A program made the position numbers and the translations under genes. DNA of 64,000 nucleotides, from positions 5,644,001-5,708,000 of the forward strand of contig CM075990.1 in assembly GCA_038087875.1 (NCBI GenBank), in the 5' to 3' direction. The DNA comes from Malacoraja senta (Eukaryota). This document shows positions 22,565-35,754 of this stretch, piece after piece. Below the pieces are notes generated by a model. The model was not told where the DNA came from and searched no databases. It saw only the letters and a program-made list of their open reading frames with translations. Position 1 is the stretch's first letter. Each line of letters starts with the position of its first letter.

Positions 22565-24129
22565 GAGCCTGGACTGAAAGGTAGACTTGAGAGAAAGGTA
22601 GAGAGAGTGAACATAAGCCCTGGGCTTGCTCCACCATTCAGTACGATCATAGTTGATCTTTAAAAAAAAAATATTACAATGATACTTGCCTCCCTTAAGA
22701 TCCTATTTCTTCATCGACTCAGTATTGTTAGGATGGCCACCCAGAAAGACACTATATTTGTTAATGGGATTAATTATCTGACAGAGTTCTGTTGGTAAGA
22801 ACTCCCTTTATCATCTTCAAATAGTATCACTTGTATGGGCTTGCAGGTGTGTTTCTTTACACTTTACTGCAATGGGATTTGGAATGCACCATCTCTGAAT
22901 CCCGCTTGGGTACTGCAAGAATGCACGTTGTAAATTGAAACAATCATTAAGCGAGGAACTGGCTTTAACATTCTCCCTCCCAAACTGTCTAAGTTTGCAA
23001 GTCCAAGCCCCACTCCAGCAACAGTATTAGAATTTGTTGTTTCCAACTCCCCCTGCATCAGGAACGTTTTCAAGCTCCTCAAGACCAAATGGAGATGGCC
23101 AATAAATGCTGGCTTTCCCAATTCAGCCCGTTTCAAGACAATTTTGTTTTTTCCAAAATCTGAACACATCATCTGCACAAATATTTAAAAGGCTGATGTA
23201 ACTCTCTTACAATGGCACCTTAAACCATGACAAAGAGGGGGTGGCAAGTGGTGGGTGAATATGGTCGAGGAGGGGTTGATTAGCAGAGGAGTCGGGTTGT
23301 GGAGGGATTGTTGGACGGAGCGCTTGGCTGGGAGGGGAATAAGTGGAGAACAAGGGGCTGCAGATTCTGGAATGTGACGGGAAAGGAAGGTAAACAATGG
23401 ACCGCATGAGGTGTGGTGGAGGCAGATAGGAACAGTGGGAGGGGAGGGGGATCCAGGGAGATAAGTGTGTGGGGTAAGGGTAAAACAGGGAGATAGAGGC
23501 ATGGGTGTGAAGGTGGGAAGAAGGGTGTGTGTGTGTGTGAGAGAACCAGGTGAGATAAGAGAAAGGGGCTGAAGGGTGCGGGTTACCTACAGTTGGAGAT
23601 TATCATTTTCATGCCGTTGGGTTGTAGACTACCCAGGAGGATTAATAGCCTCTCACACGCTCCCTTCTTTCTACCGTACTCCCCAGCCCCTATCATACTA
23701 TTTCATCCCTTTTAATTCCTTTCCCTCATCCTCCCACCTCCCCCACTACTGCTTGCACTCCCTTCCCTCTGCCACCACTCTTTATGTTCCATTCCTCACC
23801 TTCCTTTCCTATCAGAATCCACAATCTCCAGCCTTTTTCTCTCCACTAATCCTTTCCCAGTCTTGTGTCGCTATTTCTATCCTTCTCTCCGCACATGCCT
23901 GCTTTTCTGAAAAACAATCCTTCCTCACCTGTGTATCCCTATCGCTTACCAACTCTTGCCCACCCTCCCCACCACTTTACGCTGACTACCAACCCTCACC
24001 TCTTTCAGTCAAGAAGGGGTCTCAACACAAAAGGTCCATTTCCTTCCGCAGATGTAGCCTGACCTGCAGAGTTACTCCAGCTGCTCCCTGTTTCTGGCTA
24101 GATCCCCTGTATAGCAAGTAGGAATCTGC

Positions 24130-24450
24130 TTGGTACAGATGCATCTGAAGTCTCTTGTGCCAAGGTTAAACCGTCATCTGACTGCCTTCTTGGTGGAATG
24201 AAATGTCCCAATCCATTACTCTGAATAACAGCAAGGAAAATTCGTCCCATGTCCTTGCCAATATTTATCATTCAACCCACACCACATAAACAGATTGTCC
24301 CACAATCAGACATCACGGCATATAGGCTGGCTGATGTGATTTATTTTTGCAACAGCCCTTTTGCACTTTACTGGCACAGAAATGTCGGACCTCACTTAAC
24401 GCAATGTAAACTTTTGGTGACTGTAAGCATTTACTGGAATTCAAAACCAC
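24130..24450 (+). mobile_element. Degenerate Deu-domain SINE relic
   Basis: GTTAAACCG...CTGCC...GTCCTTGCCAATATTTATCATTCAACC resembles the recalled DeuSINE core. Confidence 0.5.
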
Positions 24451-24837
24451 ACTAATCACAAAAATGGTTGTTTCTAGGAAAGGATATTCCAATAACTGTT
24501 TAAAAAATTATAGAATTCCAGCTGTGTTAAGACTAGTATTAACTGTAAAGCTGGAGGCTACAATGCAGAAAATGCAGTAATAAAAATATTGTCCAAATAT
24601 CCAAGGGTGCTCCCATTTGTAGGTATTTTCTTGTAAAACCAATCCCATTGGTACCTGTGGGTTTATCGTTGGTTGGACGCACTTCATTAATTGTAGCATC
24701 AGGACTCATTCAGTTTAGTGTCGCATGTACCAAGGTACAGTGAAAGGTTTTGTTATTCTGTCTTCAAAGTCCACTCCATTGACTTCGGTGGAATGATAAC
24801 GTACTTTATTGACTGTAGATTAATTTCTAGGCATATT

Positions 24838-24861
24838 ATATATATATATTATATATATAAC

Positions 24862-24919
<58 letters not shown>

Positions 24920-24920
24920 C

Positions 24921-24966
<46 letters not shown>

Positions 24967-24968
24967 CA
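24838..24968. repeat. (TA)n microsatellite, interrupted
   Basis: Read directly from the sequence. Confidence 0.98.
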
Positions 24969-25026
24969 TATGTATGTATGTGTACATACCTTCCTTGTAT
25001 ATGTTCTGAAAAAAATGTATATATAT

Positions 25027-25110
<84 letters not shown>
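25027..25110. repeat. (GATA)n microsatellite
   Basis: Read directly from the sequence; about 20 units. Confidence 0.98.
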
Positions 25111-25112
<2 letters not shown>

Positions 25113-25217
25113 TATGCAAGGAAGGGTGCTGTTCTGCCCATTGTGAAGATGTTGGGCATAGGTGGTCTTCAGGTTAATCCATGCCCAGTTATTGACAGAC
25201 GTTTTGTAAGTGATGGA

Positions 25218-25312
25218 AGGTAGACACAAAATGCTGGAGTAACGCAGCGGGACAGGGAGCATCTCTGGAGGGAAGGAATGGGTGACGTTTCGGGTCGAGA
25301 CCCATCTTCAGA
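25218..25312 (-). mobile_element. Penelope-derived monomeric mini-element with hammerhead-like core (25284-25311)
   Basis: About 95 bp, flanked by perfect TTGTAAGTGATGGA at 25204-25217 and 25313-25326. Confidence 0.75.
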
Positions 25313-27063
25313 TTGTAAGTGATGGATATTGAAATGGACATCCACGTACTTTGTAATTGTGGCAATCATTTCTGCCTGGACCACCCTCTCAGGATGTGAG
25401 CATGAGACCTTCATTACCAATGAGGGAAATGTTTGTCCTCGCCTTCCCTCTAATCTTCCTTCCAATTAACTTAAATGCTCCCATGGTTACTCTCCTCTCA
25501 AAGAAATATTGCAGTGCATAAGAAGATAATGCTACTTATCGTTAGTATTGATTTCCATTTAGGAGGATAGCTCATTCCTGTTCACACTTTCCAGACCTCC
25601 CATAATTTTATACAGCTTGTCCCCAGGTTTTGGCAGCTTTCCATTCCCAAGAACTGTTCGTAACCCAAACCATTTGCAAGTTGGAAATGTGGCCATGAAC
25701 CAATTTCCTGCGAGGCAGATGATGCCTATGACCCAAAGCCACTCTCCCCTTCTCCACTCTCCCCTTCCACTTATATCTCACTCTCTGGCTTTTCATTTAA
25801 TTCACCTTCTCTCCTTATTTAACATCCTTTTGCCTCCTTACTATTTCTCCATCCATCTGCCATCCCAATCCCCCCGACCATATTTGCATCCATACTTGTT
25901 AGAATTTGTATCACCCCTATCTCTCATTTTCCGCTTTCCATTATAAACCAGTCTGAAGAAGGGTCCCAATCCAAAATGTCATCTGTCCATTCCCTCCACA
26001 GATGCTGCAAGAACCACTGAGTTCCACTAGTCTTCTGCGGTTTGCTCAGCACCCAGCATCTGCAATTCCTTGGGTTTCCTGATAGCACCCTTGTTTAACT
26101 GTGCACCTACTCCAGCTCTATTGCAACCTCCTTGTGTCTTAGATTGGCATTTGGCAATGCGCACACTCCAAGTTTTGTCATGCGATGCCCTACCTTCCAC
26201 CAGAACCTGCTCCTACACTAGATACACCCACCTTCTCAGCACAGCACCTTCTGTGACCAGTTGGGCGACTCATGGCTGCAATGAGACAACTTTGATTCCC
26301 ATCGTCAGTACTGGAAAAAAAAACTAATGATCGAATATGTGCAAAAGTGCACTGGAGCGCGATCATTCATCCCTGACCTGCTGTGTTGGTAATTCTACTC
26401 ACGTCATAGATTTTGTGGAACTCGTTACTGAAAGTATTTGGTGAGGGACTACATTTTGATGGGAGTGAGCCTGTGGGGATTTGGAAGAAAAATATAATTC
26501 ATGGCCAGACACTGTTGAAGTCACTTCCGCCTCTTGCACTACTGCAGATGTGCGTCTGGAAAAGCAGACTCCTGAAGTGAATGGCACTTATCCAACTTTT
26601 GTTGCATTGCTGAATACAAATATCACACACCCAACAGCTGGTTCTATCTTGGGTTTTTTAAATTTAAGAATTTTATTAACTGCAACCAAAGATTTAACTG
26701 CTTAGGTTTACAGCAGTGTTATGATTAGCTGCTGGCTCTTGTATAAGTTGATTAAGTTGTATGACTGGAACTCGGATTTTGAAATCACTATTGTTTGCAT
26801 CCCATTGTGGGCAATGGAACATTAAAAAAAACACTAAAGGTATTTACTGCACAATGTATGTAAATCAACATTGTCCATTAATTGCATATAATCTGTTATG
26901 CAGAACATTGACAGCACGGGAACAGGCCCTTCGTCCCACATAGTCCATGCCAACCATGATGCCGTTAAACTAATCTCCTCTGCCTGAATGTTATCCATAT
27001 CCCTCCATTCCCTGCATATCCATGTGTCTCTCTCAAAAATTCTTAAATGCCAGTATCTGCCTC

Positions 27064-27264
27064 AGTGGGCAGTAGAGGCGGGTTCTCTGGATGCTTTCAA
27101 GCGAGAGCTAGGTAGGGCTCTTAAAAATAGCGGAGTCAGGGGATATGGGGAGATGGCAGGAACGGGGTACTGATTGGGGATGATCAGCCATGATCACATT
27201 GAATGGTGGTGCTGGCTCGAAGGGCCGAATGGCCTGCTCCTGCACCTATTGTCTATTGTCTATC
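27064..27264 (+). mobile_element. CR1 3' fragment inserted into an opposite-strand CR1 3' end (about 26903-27330)
   Basis: GTATCTGCCTC repeated at 27053-27063 and 27265-27275, and a (CTATTGT)n tail. Confidence 0.7.
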
Positions 27265-27812
27265 GTATCTGCCTCTACCATCACCCCTGGTGCCACCTTC
27301 CAGGCAACCACCATTCACTGTGCAAAACAATATCCAGCCCCATAGTCCAAAGGATAATAAGGATTCAGACAGCCTAGTTAACTCCCATATTTCCATGCAA
27401 TCTATAATGTTGGCCTGTGAGGGCAGGTGGCATCTCATTGTAATGTTGCATCTGGGAATAGCCGGGAAGGGCAGTGCTGGTTCTGCACGGACTCATCCAT
27501 CCCTTTCATGTACAAATCCCTCCGCTGCAAACTGGAGCTGCAAAGCCTTGAGCTGTTCAACCACGGGGAACACTGGAGCTGAATTGGGTCTGAATTCCCC
27601 ACCCCCTCAGAGTCGTGTATTCCAGCATAGGTGGGCGGGAGCAATTAGTAATGGATGCTCTCTGACTGTCACAGCGGTCAGAGACCAGGAGAAGGCCGAC
27701 GTTCACTTTCATCCACCAAGCCGACAGGATCGTAATGGTTGCCCACTTTTCTTCCTCATGGTGCCAGGTTTGATCCTGTGAGGGCCAGGATCTGTGGGGA
27801 GAAAGGAGTTAT

Positions 27813-28140
27813 AGCCCTGTCCCACAGTACGAGTTCATTCCAAGAGCTCTTCCGAGTTTAAAAAAAATTAAACTTGTGGTAAGCACGGAGAATGAACGTA
27901 GCAGGTACGTCGGAGCTCTGGGACTTCTCTTAGCGGCTCGTAACGCTAACGGCAGGTACTCGGGAAGACTCGCTAACGGTGGGTAAGCACGGGAAGACTC
28001 GTGAAGATTTTTCAACATGTTGAAAAATGTCCACGAGAGCCCCGAGTACCGACGAGTGGCCATTACCGTAAATCTCCGAGTTCGAATCAGGGCAAACTTG
28101 GGAGAACTCTTGGAATGAACTCGTACCGTGGGACAGGGCT
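27813..28140. mobile_element. MITE, PIF/Harbinger-like termini
   Basis: About 45 bp TIRs AGCCCTGTCCCACAGTACGAGTTCATTCCAAGAG / CTCTTGGAATGAACTCGTACCGTGGGACAGGGCT with TTAT/TTAA flanks. Confidence 0.8.
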
Positions 28141-28839
28141 TTAACACCTTCAGGTTGATTATCCTTTGAAAGCTTCAGGGTGATCATCCTTTACCCATGC
28201 ACTGTTTGTCTGCTGCAAGAAATACTCCTAAGCTTTTCTGGAATTCTCAGCTTTTGTTTCAGACTTACAGTCTCTGGAATGTTTTACCCTTAAACCTACT
28301 TGCTGTTACTCTTCACTATTTCTTTCAGTTTAGGAAGGTAAGATTTGCTGGATGCCCTCCACTCAATGTAGAGTTGTCACTAGGTAGATTTTAATGGTGT
28401 CAGAGCAACTCGTCAGCTGATGAAGGGAGGGCTCAAATTCAGACAGACTGGACACATGTTGGATGTATACATCCTGGGCCACTTTGGTAGGCAAGTGACC
28501 CATCCAGATTTACATCTAAAATGAAAGCAGAGCTGAGGCACAGCGGCACAGAAGAGAGTTCTATTGCCTCAGTGTCAGGGACCCAGTTTCACTCTTGACT
28601 TCGAGTGCTGCCTGCGTGGAGTTTGCTCACTCTCCCTGTGACCTCTAGGTTCTCTGGTGTCCCAGTGGTTGAGAGAGGTGGTGAAGGCTTGTTAATAGAA
28701 GCTCGTGAGACTATGCTTTCCTAATAAGTAAATGTTTGTAGACTCTCTTTTACCATACAGTATTATTTTACAGTATTTCCATCTGTGGTTCAGTGTTGGA
28801 TTTTATTTGGTATTGGTTTACTGTTAACACTAGTACTGA

Positions 28840-28960
28840 GTGTCTGTGTGTGTGTGTCTCTGTGTGTGTGTGTCTGTTTGTCTGTTTGTCTGTATGTCTG
28901 TGTGTCTGTGTGTCTGTGTCTGCGTCTGTCTGTGTGTGTCTGTCTGTGTGTGTCTGTCTG

Positions 28961-28991
<31 letters not shown>

Positions 28992-29388
28992 GTCTGTCTG
29001 TGTGTCTGTCTGTGTGTCTGTCTGTCTGTGTGTGTATCTGTCTGTGTGTGTGTCTGTGTGTGTGTCTGTGTGTGTCTGTCTCTCTCTGTCTCTGTCTCTG
29101 TCTGTGTCTGTGTCTGTGTCTCTGTCTGTGTCTCTGTCTGTGTCTCTGTCTGTGTCTCTGTCTGTGTCTCTGTCTGTGTCTCTGTCTGTGTCTCTGTCTG
29201 TGTCTCTGTCTGTGTCTCTGTCTGTGTCTCTGTCTGTGTCTCTGTCTGTGTCTCTGTCTGTGTCTCTGTCTGTGTCTCTGTCTGTGTCTCTGTCTGTGTC
29301 TCTGTCTGTGTCTCTGTCTGGGCCTCTGTCTGTGCCTCTGTCTGTGTCTCTGTCTGTGTCTCTGTCTGTGTCTCTGTCTGTGCCTCTG
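28840..29388. repeat. Compound (TG)/(TCTG) microsatellite grading into a 12-bp TCTGTGTCTCTG array
   Basis: Read directly from the sequence. It explains the five low-complexity ORFs here. Confidence 0.97.
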
Positions 29389-31461
29389 CATCTTGTGGTG
29401 CGTACTTCCAAGCTTTACCTTCTGCCCTAAGTTAGAGGGCATAAGAGGGAAAGACTGGGGTGAAAAGGCTCCTTGATCATGTTGGCTGCTTTGTCGAGGC
29501 ACTGCGAGTGTAGATTGAGTTGGACGGTGGGGAGGCTGATTTGTGTGACGGACTGGGCTACATCCATAACTCTGCAACATGTGGTTTTGGGCAGAGCTGT
29601 GGCCAAATCAGACTGTGGCATCCCAATAGAATGCTTTCTGTATTGCACCTGTAGCAGACATTTGGAAATGTTCCTATGAGGATAAAGATGCTGTATAAAT
29701 GCAATTGCATTTGTCTTTGAAACTGTGCACTGAGAAAGAAACTCAATATGGCACTAGGATGATTAGGTGGCAGGTGACGTGACCAAATGACCTCTGCAAC
29801 TTGATGTTATAAATTAGCTACCGGACCTGGCATTATTGTGAGACCCTGTGGAGAGCCAATGTATTACCTTGGGGTGGCGTAGTAGTACAACTGTCAAGCT
29901 GCGGCCTCACAGCTCTGGCAGCCTGGGTTCAATCCTGACCATGGGAGTTGTCGGTGCGGAATTTGTACATTCTCCCTGTAACCTTTTTTCCCCCCCGGTT
30001 GCTCCGATTTCCTCCCATGGATGGTTATTTGTCCCTGGAAATGTAAATTGCTCCCGGTGCGGTGTGGGTTGCAGGGAAACTGCTGAAGGAATGGGATTAT
30101 TTATGAACTGTCAGAGACTTGATGGGCCGATTGGCCATCTTCTACAACATATGGGTTTGAAGCAGAGAGACAGGTTGACTGTAGTGATCAGAGTAGAGAC
30201 CAGAGAGCCAGACTTGAGCCACATCAGGATTTTCCAATGAAGATAGACTTAAAATGCTGGAGTAACTCAACGGGACAGGCAGCATCTCTGGAGAGAAGGA
30301 ATGGGATTTTCTAATGGTTGAAATAAGAGGGGTAATCATCCAGGGAACTGTGGGCCAATGGAACTTGGGACCAGGAGGGAACATCAATCTTCGTCATGTG
30401 TACTTTTCCCAAAGTGGCCCCATTCCCTCTTGAACTGTGCATTAATTTCCACCAACCCTGAAACTTGAGGTACTTTCAAAGTGATCTGGTAACTGATTAG
30501 ACTGAGAACTGTCTCCATGCGTTTAGTTGCAGTAGCTGGCTAATCTATAATTCCCTTCGGAACTCGGTGATTGTGGGAACAGCTCTGGGGGATTTTCAGG
30601 GTAAGCCAGGAAATGTCAAAACCTATTTGATACCTCAGGTTACTTGAAGGATGAAAGCCAGAGTTTCTTGAGGAAGGGGTGAGGTAAAGAAATAAAATAT
30701 CATTGAACTCAGGATAAATTGTTCCATTACCCCTCCCCCTCTTACTGTATCTGCCCAAGAAAGTTTCCCATTGCCTTTGATTTTTGGTTAAGAACAAAGT
30801 TCCTTCCTCTGTGGTGCTCTTAATTTGATGACTGTGTGTTTCAGCAGGTCAGTCATTCCCATATGTGGCCCTTCACCCTCTTCAGTGAATTACCTCAGCC
30901 CTGAACAACATGAATGGGTTTCTGAAATACAATGGAGCTATTTTCTGCACAGCCTTTAGATCCTTTGGCTGATAAAATACTTTTCCTTCCCATCAAGAGT
31001 TACTATTTTCAGAAAGCGTGGCAGTTAGCTGTTAAAACTGGCACCGTCTCAGGAAACGTTTCCTGCTTTTAACGCGTCTCCTGTAGCTGTAATTCACAGA
31101 GCTGCTAGACGTCTTCTGTATCCTTTGTCACAAGAGCTGCAGATAATTCCCCTGCTCTGGGATTTCTTTGCTTTAGAACACGGCTGATTTTTGAGCTGGC
31201 CTTCGGGTTCCGCACATCACTTCAGGAAAAATGTAGAGTTGACAAGACATTTGGTCACATTCCTTCCAACGTTACGTCTCTTGAAAATGGATTTTCCCAG
31301 AGTGAAACGCAATCGCAACAATCTCTGGGCCGCTTGCCATCTTTCTGGGAACTTTGCAGAGTAAGTCGTGTTTATGCGGGCGACCCTCTTCTGGCACTGC
31401 TTGTGCACTGCGTAATGAATTCTTCATATCAGCGTCGCTCAGTGCAAGTCAGCGTAACCAA

Positions 31462-31790
31462 GGATGAGTCGCATCCTGGCCCTCTTCTCCCCTCTCCCAT
31501 CGGGCGTGTGAAGTGTGAAAACGCACACCTCTAGATTCAGGGAAAGTTTCTTCCCAGCTGTTTTCAGGCAACCGAACCAGCCTACCGCAACCAAAGAACT
31601 ACTCCTGAACTACTATTTAGTACTGGCTTTACCTTGTACTAAAGGTTATACCCTTATCATGTATCTGTACACTACAAACAGCTCGATTGTAATCATGTAT
31701 TGTCTTTCTGCCGACTGGTTAGCACGCAACAAAAGCTTTTCGCTGTGCTTCGGTACACGTGACAAGAAACTTAAACTAAACTAAACCAAA
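31462..31790 (+). mobile_element. Rex/Babar-like LINE 3' end
   Basis: KTHTSRFRESFFPAVFRQ.N followed by the shared 3' UTR and (CTAAA)n. Confidence 0.7.
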
Positions 31791-33453
31791 TGAAATATAG
31801 TAAATATTTTGACTGCTCCACTGCAAAATCTCCTCAAGGGATGCCTAATTTGAAGAAGTTCTCCTCCTCTCTCCGGTAGTTCTATGAGACCCTCACTCAC
31901 TGCTCCCCCCCTGTGATTCCTGCGAATCCCCCCCCCCCCCTCCGATCTCTGGCCTTTGTTCGATCCATCTGCCCAGCAATCCCCCCCACTTCTCGCCTAC
32001 ATCCACATTACCTGCCGCTCTGTGTTCTGTCTCTCTATCCTTCTGGCATTCTTCTCCTGCGCCTCGTCCCCCACAATCAGTATGAAGAAGGGTCTTGACC
32101 CAAAATGTCACCTGTCCATGTGCTCCAGGGACACTGCCTAACCCACTGAGTTACTCCAGCACTTTGTGTCCTTTTATTGTAATGCTGTTGGTCTCACATT
32201 TACAAGGACACTTTCACTCTGACTGCATCTTCTGAAGTTTGTACACAAAGGGTTAACTGATCGTGGTAAACTCTGCTCATAATAACCATTAAGACTCCTT
32301 CTATTGCTTTGAGCAATTGGAAACTACTTGTAATGGGTGTCTGTACCATGACTGCAGTTGCTGGAACATGGCTAAATGCATTAAAGGGGTCACAGGCATG
32401 CATGGTGTAGAAGTGCTCACTTGTGCCCAGGGAGTTAACAAGGAGCTGTAAAAACAGATATGGGCATCACATTGCACGATTGACTGATGTCCTCAGTATA
32501 CTCTGGCCAATTGCTTTCACGATTAGGTAGTTTTCATGCAACCTGCTCAAGGTATTGATTGTGATGTGCATCATGCTAACTGCATTGTAAAATGCAGCCA
32601 TAAGCAAGGGCATTCTAAATCTGAACTTGTCAGCATTAATTACAACTAGTGGTTCCAGGGAGTTGGTTTTGTAACTGGGGTAGATACCGGCTGTTACACA
32701 GAAAGGGGGTTTGACTTGGGGAAGCAATAGCAGATATCAGGGCACGGTAGAGAGTAGGGTCTAAGCGTTTTGGGAATTGCATTGGGTGGAGGAGAATGAT
32801 GGTAAGAAGGTCAGTTCCATGAAATGGATGCTGCTTCAACCAGTGAATGAATCATTTCCAGTCACTTATGGAAATGTCACATGTAAAATATTATAACAAA
32901 TCAGCAAAGAAGCTTTGGAATGAAATAAACTGAATCTTCGTTTAACTCAAAATTTGGCAGAGGAGAGATACAGAAAATGATCAAGAGTGTGTTTGTACCA
33001 ATTTAAATGGGCAAAGTGAGATCCTTTGTCCCATGTAATAGTGACTGTCCTTCTCAAGTAATCTCCTAATTAGAAACTATATGGAACTTCAGAGCATAGG
33101 TGTTCAGTAAATGCAACTTTTGTACATGCAACTAATTTTGTTTTCATCAACAATTGACTGAATAGAGCTGTCAGATCTGAGGTCATCCAGGAAGCATATA
33201 TTTAACATAATGGAGGAATTAGAAGGAAGATGGAGAAGATTATTTTCAGGAGGAGGGTCAGGAATCTGGAACTGGCTCAAGGAATGTTTAGTGGAAACGG
33301 AAACCTCAAAACGTTCAAGCATTTCAAAGAGCTGTGTCCATCTCTGGATCAAGTGCCCGAAGGTGAGATGAGGGAACCCTCTCATTTCTGATACTGATCT
33401 AATTCGTGGAATAACCTTCATTTCAGTGTTGCTGAATCTGTGGAATAATATGT

Positions 33454-33637
33454 TTAAGAAGGAACTGCAAATGCTGGAAAATCGAAGGTAGACAAAAATG
33501 CTGGAGAAACTCAGCGGGTGAGGCAGCATCTATGGAGCGAAGGAAATGGGCAACGTTTCAGACCCAAAACGTTGCCTATTTCCTTCACTCCATAGATGCT
33601 GCCTCACGCGCTGAGTTTCTCCAGCATTTTTGTCTAC
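33454..33637. mobile_element. Penelope-derived fold-back element (hammerhead centre deleted)
   Basis: Inverted arms. Direct repeat CTGTGG(A/G)ATAATATGT at 33438-33453 and 33638-33653. Confidence 0.75.
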
Positions 33638-33899
33638 CTGTGGGATAATATGTACAGTTTACTTATGAACTGACTGACTGGTCTTGGTGAAAGGAAATAA
33701 AGTTACCAGAATAACAGTCTCGAGTCCAACGGAGTTTGCCCTTTGTCCTTGATGGCTTTTCCCTGGTACAAGGCCTCCGACCATTGTTGATCACATTCTT
33801 ATTATTAATTCTACACACATGTTGCCAATGAAACAGCAGGAGTGTTGTGAATTTGCTGCCAGCTTTCCGACCAGTTTCTTCCATTTCTCAGAATGTGGG

Positions 33900-34480
33900 A
33901 AGGGAAGTTTTTTCGCCTTCCCCCAGGGAGATCTGTCGATGAGAACATGAGATCCGTCTCGGGTGGTGGTCACCAGGGAATGCCAGGTCATCTCCAAGGA
34001 AGGCTGAGACACGGAACTGCACAGATAGCTTTGGAGATTCCAGGGGGTAATGTCGAGCGTTTACTTCCGAGCCGATTAGCTGACCTCAAATAACATTGAC
34101 GGGTTGTTGAGCTAATGAGGACAAATTTACCTTGAGCCAAGACTTGTGTATTAAAAATTTAGAGCTATTCAAACTTCCAGGCTCCAATGAGGAAAAAAAC
34201 AATTCTATTATGTTTAAGTATTTGGTTTAGGCAAATGGTGTGACAGCAGCAACGGGCCAACAGAAAAAAAAATTGGATCTCACAATCGCAAAGCCCATGC
34301 TCCTCTGGACAGTACTTGTTCTTGCCCTAATATGTACTGTTGAGGTGTGGACTATCTGTAGCAGGCATCTTAAAGCAGTGGAGAGGTACCTTTCGACTCG
34401 CTTCACGTTATCCCCCAACTCCAACTGAAGAATAAATAACCCAACGTCCTCTGCCTGGCTGACACTGCTTGTCCAAGGGA
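33900..34480 (+). mobile_element. Degenerate RTE-like LINE fragment
   Basis: EVWTICSRHLKAVERY resembles the RTE motif ETWT.Y.RH.K.LERF. Confidence 0.45.
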
Positions 34481-35754
34481 AATGTATAACTCTCCCCACT
34501 GACCTTTGGGAAACCTTGAGCTATGATTTTTGTGATATCTTTGTCAACCTTGAATCCCCTCATTGGGAGAATTTGGAAGTGGTGGAAGAGATACACCATC
34601 TACATGCCCTGTCGATAACTCCCTGCTTCACCTATGGCAGAGTCTGCTCATTTCAATGGAGGGACTGTTGGTTTCTGGATGAAGGGGAGGGTAGAGATAG
34701 AGACGGCAACTAGAAGGTGATAAATGGGGACAAAAGGCTGTGGATGCAATAATGTGGTGAGGAAGGAAGGAAGATGACAAATGGAACCAGATCGGGGGGG
34801 CCAGATCGAACTAGTTAAGGCAGGGGCTAAACAATGCCTTGACAATGACCATGTGTAAAGGATATGTTGCTTGATGTTTGTGTTTATAATGTTACTCGCA
34901 GAAGTGGGGCTACACAGGATTCGGAACCTTACTCTTTAAAGTGCATATCTGTGTCTTATGCAGACATGATAAACAAGTTGATGATTTAAAACAGACAATA
35001 GGAGCAGAATTAAGATATTTGGTCCATCAAGTCTGCTCCACCATTCAATCATAGTTGATCTATATTTCCCCCTCAACCCCATTCTACTATCTTCTCCCTG
35101 TGACCTTTACTAATCCAGAATCTATTAATATCCACTTTAAAAATACCCAATGACTTGTCCTTCCCCGCCATCTATGACAATGAATTCCACAGATTGACCA
35201 CCCTCTGGCTAAAGAAATTTGTCTTCATCTCCATTCTAAAAGTATGTCCTTTTATTCTGAAACTGTGCCCTCTGGTCCTAGACTTTCCCACTACTGGAAA
35301 CATCTACTAAAATTGTGGTTAAAAATGTGTTGGAATGTTTTAGACAAGAAGATCCAGATTGTCAGACTAACTAGGTGGAAAGTGGCAAATGGAATGTTAA
35401 TCAAAATCATGCACTCGGGGAAATGGGTTATGTGAAGGGAGTAGACAATAAATGGGAGGTTGTTGAGAGTTGGAGAATTAATAGGAATTTGGAGTGCATG
35501 TCTGCAGACCCTTAAAGATCCACAGGTCCAAAAACTGATGAAAAATACACACAGATTTTCCATTATTAGTTTCATTATTAGTAGGCATTAAATATAGAAC
35601 CAAAATATTATACTGGAACTGTGCATGTTAACTAAGCTACAAGGTGTGAGATGCACACAGTTCTGGTCATCACATGACAGGGAAAATGTGATTCAATTTG
35701 AGATAATGTTATCGGCAATGAACGGTTTTATCTAGAAAGAAACATGAGATAAGG

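Noticed and set aside
24718..25262. YI / YLSI repeat ORFs
   Set aside because: Microsatellite translations.
27203..27781. 192-aa ORF (also 23576-24121, 181 aa)
   Set aside because: Both run across repeat fragments or low-complexity sequence and show no recognisable protein features.
28768..29580. Long ORFs of 193-270 aa (QRHR, SVCV, DTDR repeats)
   Set aside because: They are translations of a stop-free simple repeat in several frames.
34240..34428. AVERYLS as a possible next PALD1 exon (YLERY)
   Set aside because: The context resembles an RTE LINE and lacks LILFN.YLHLEK.
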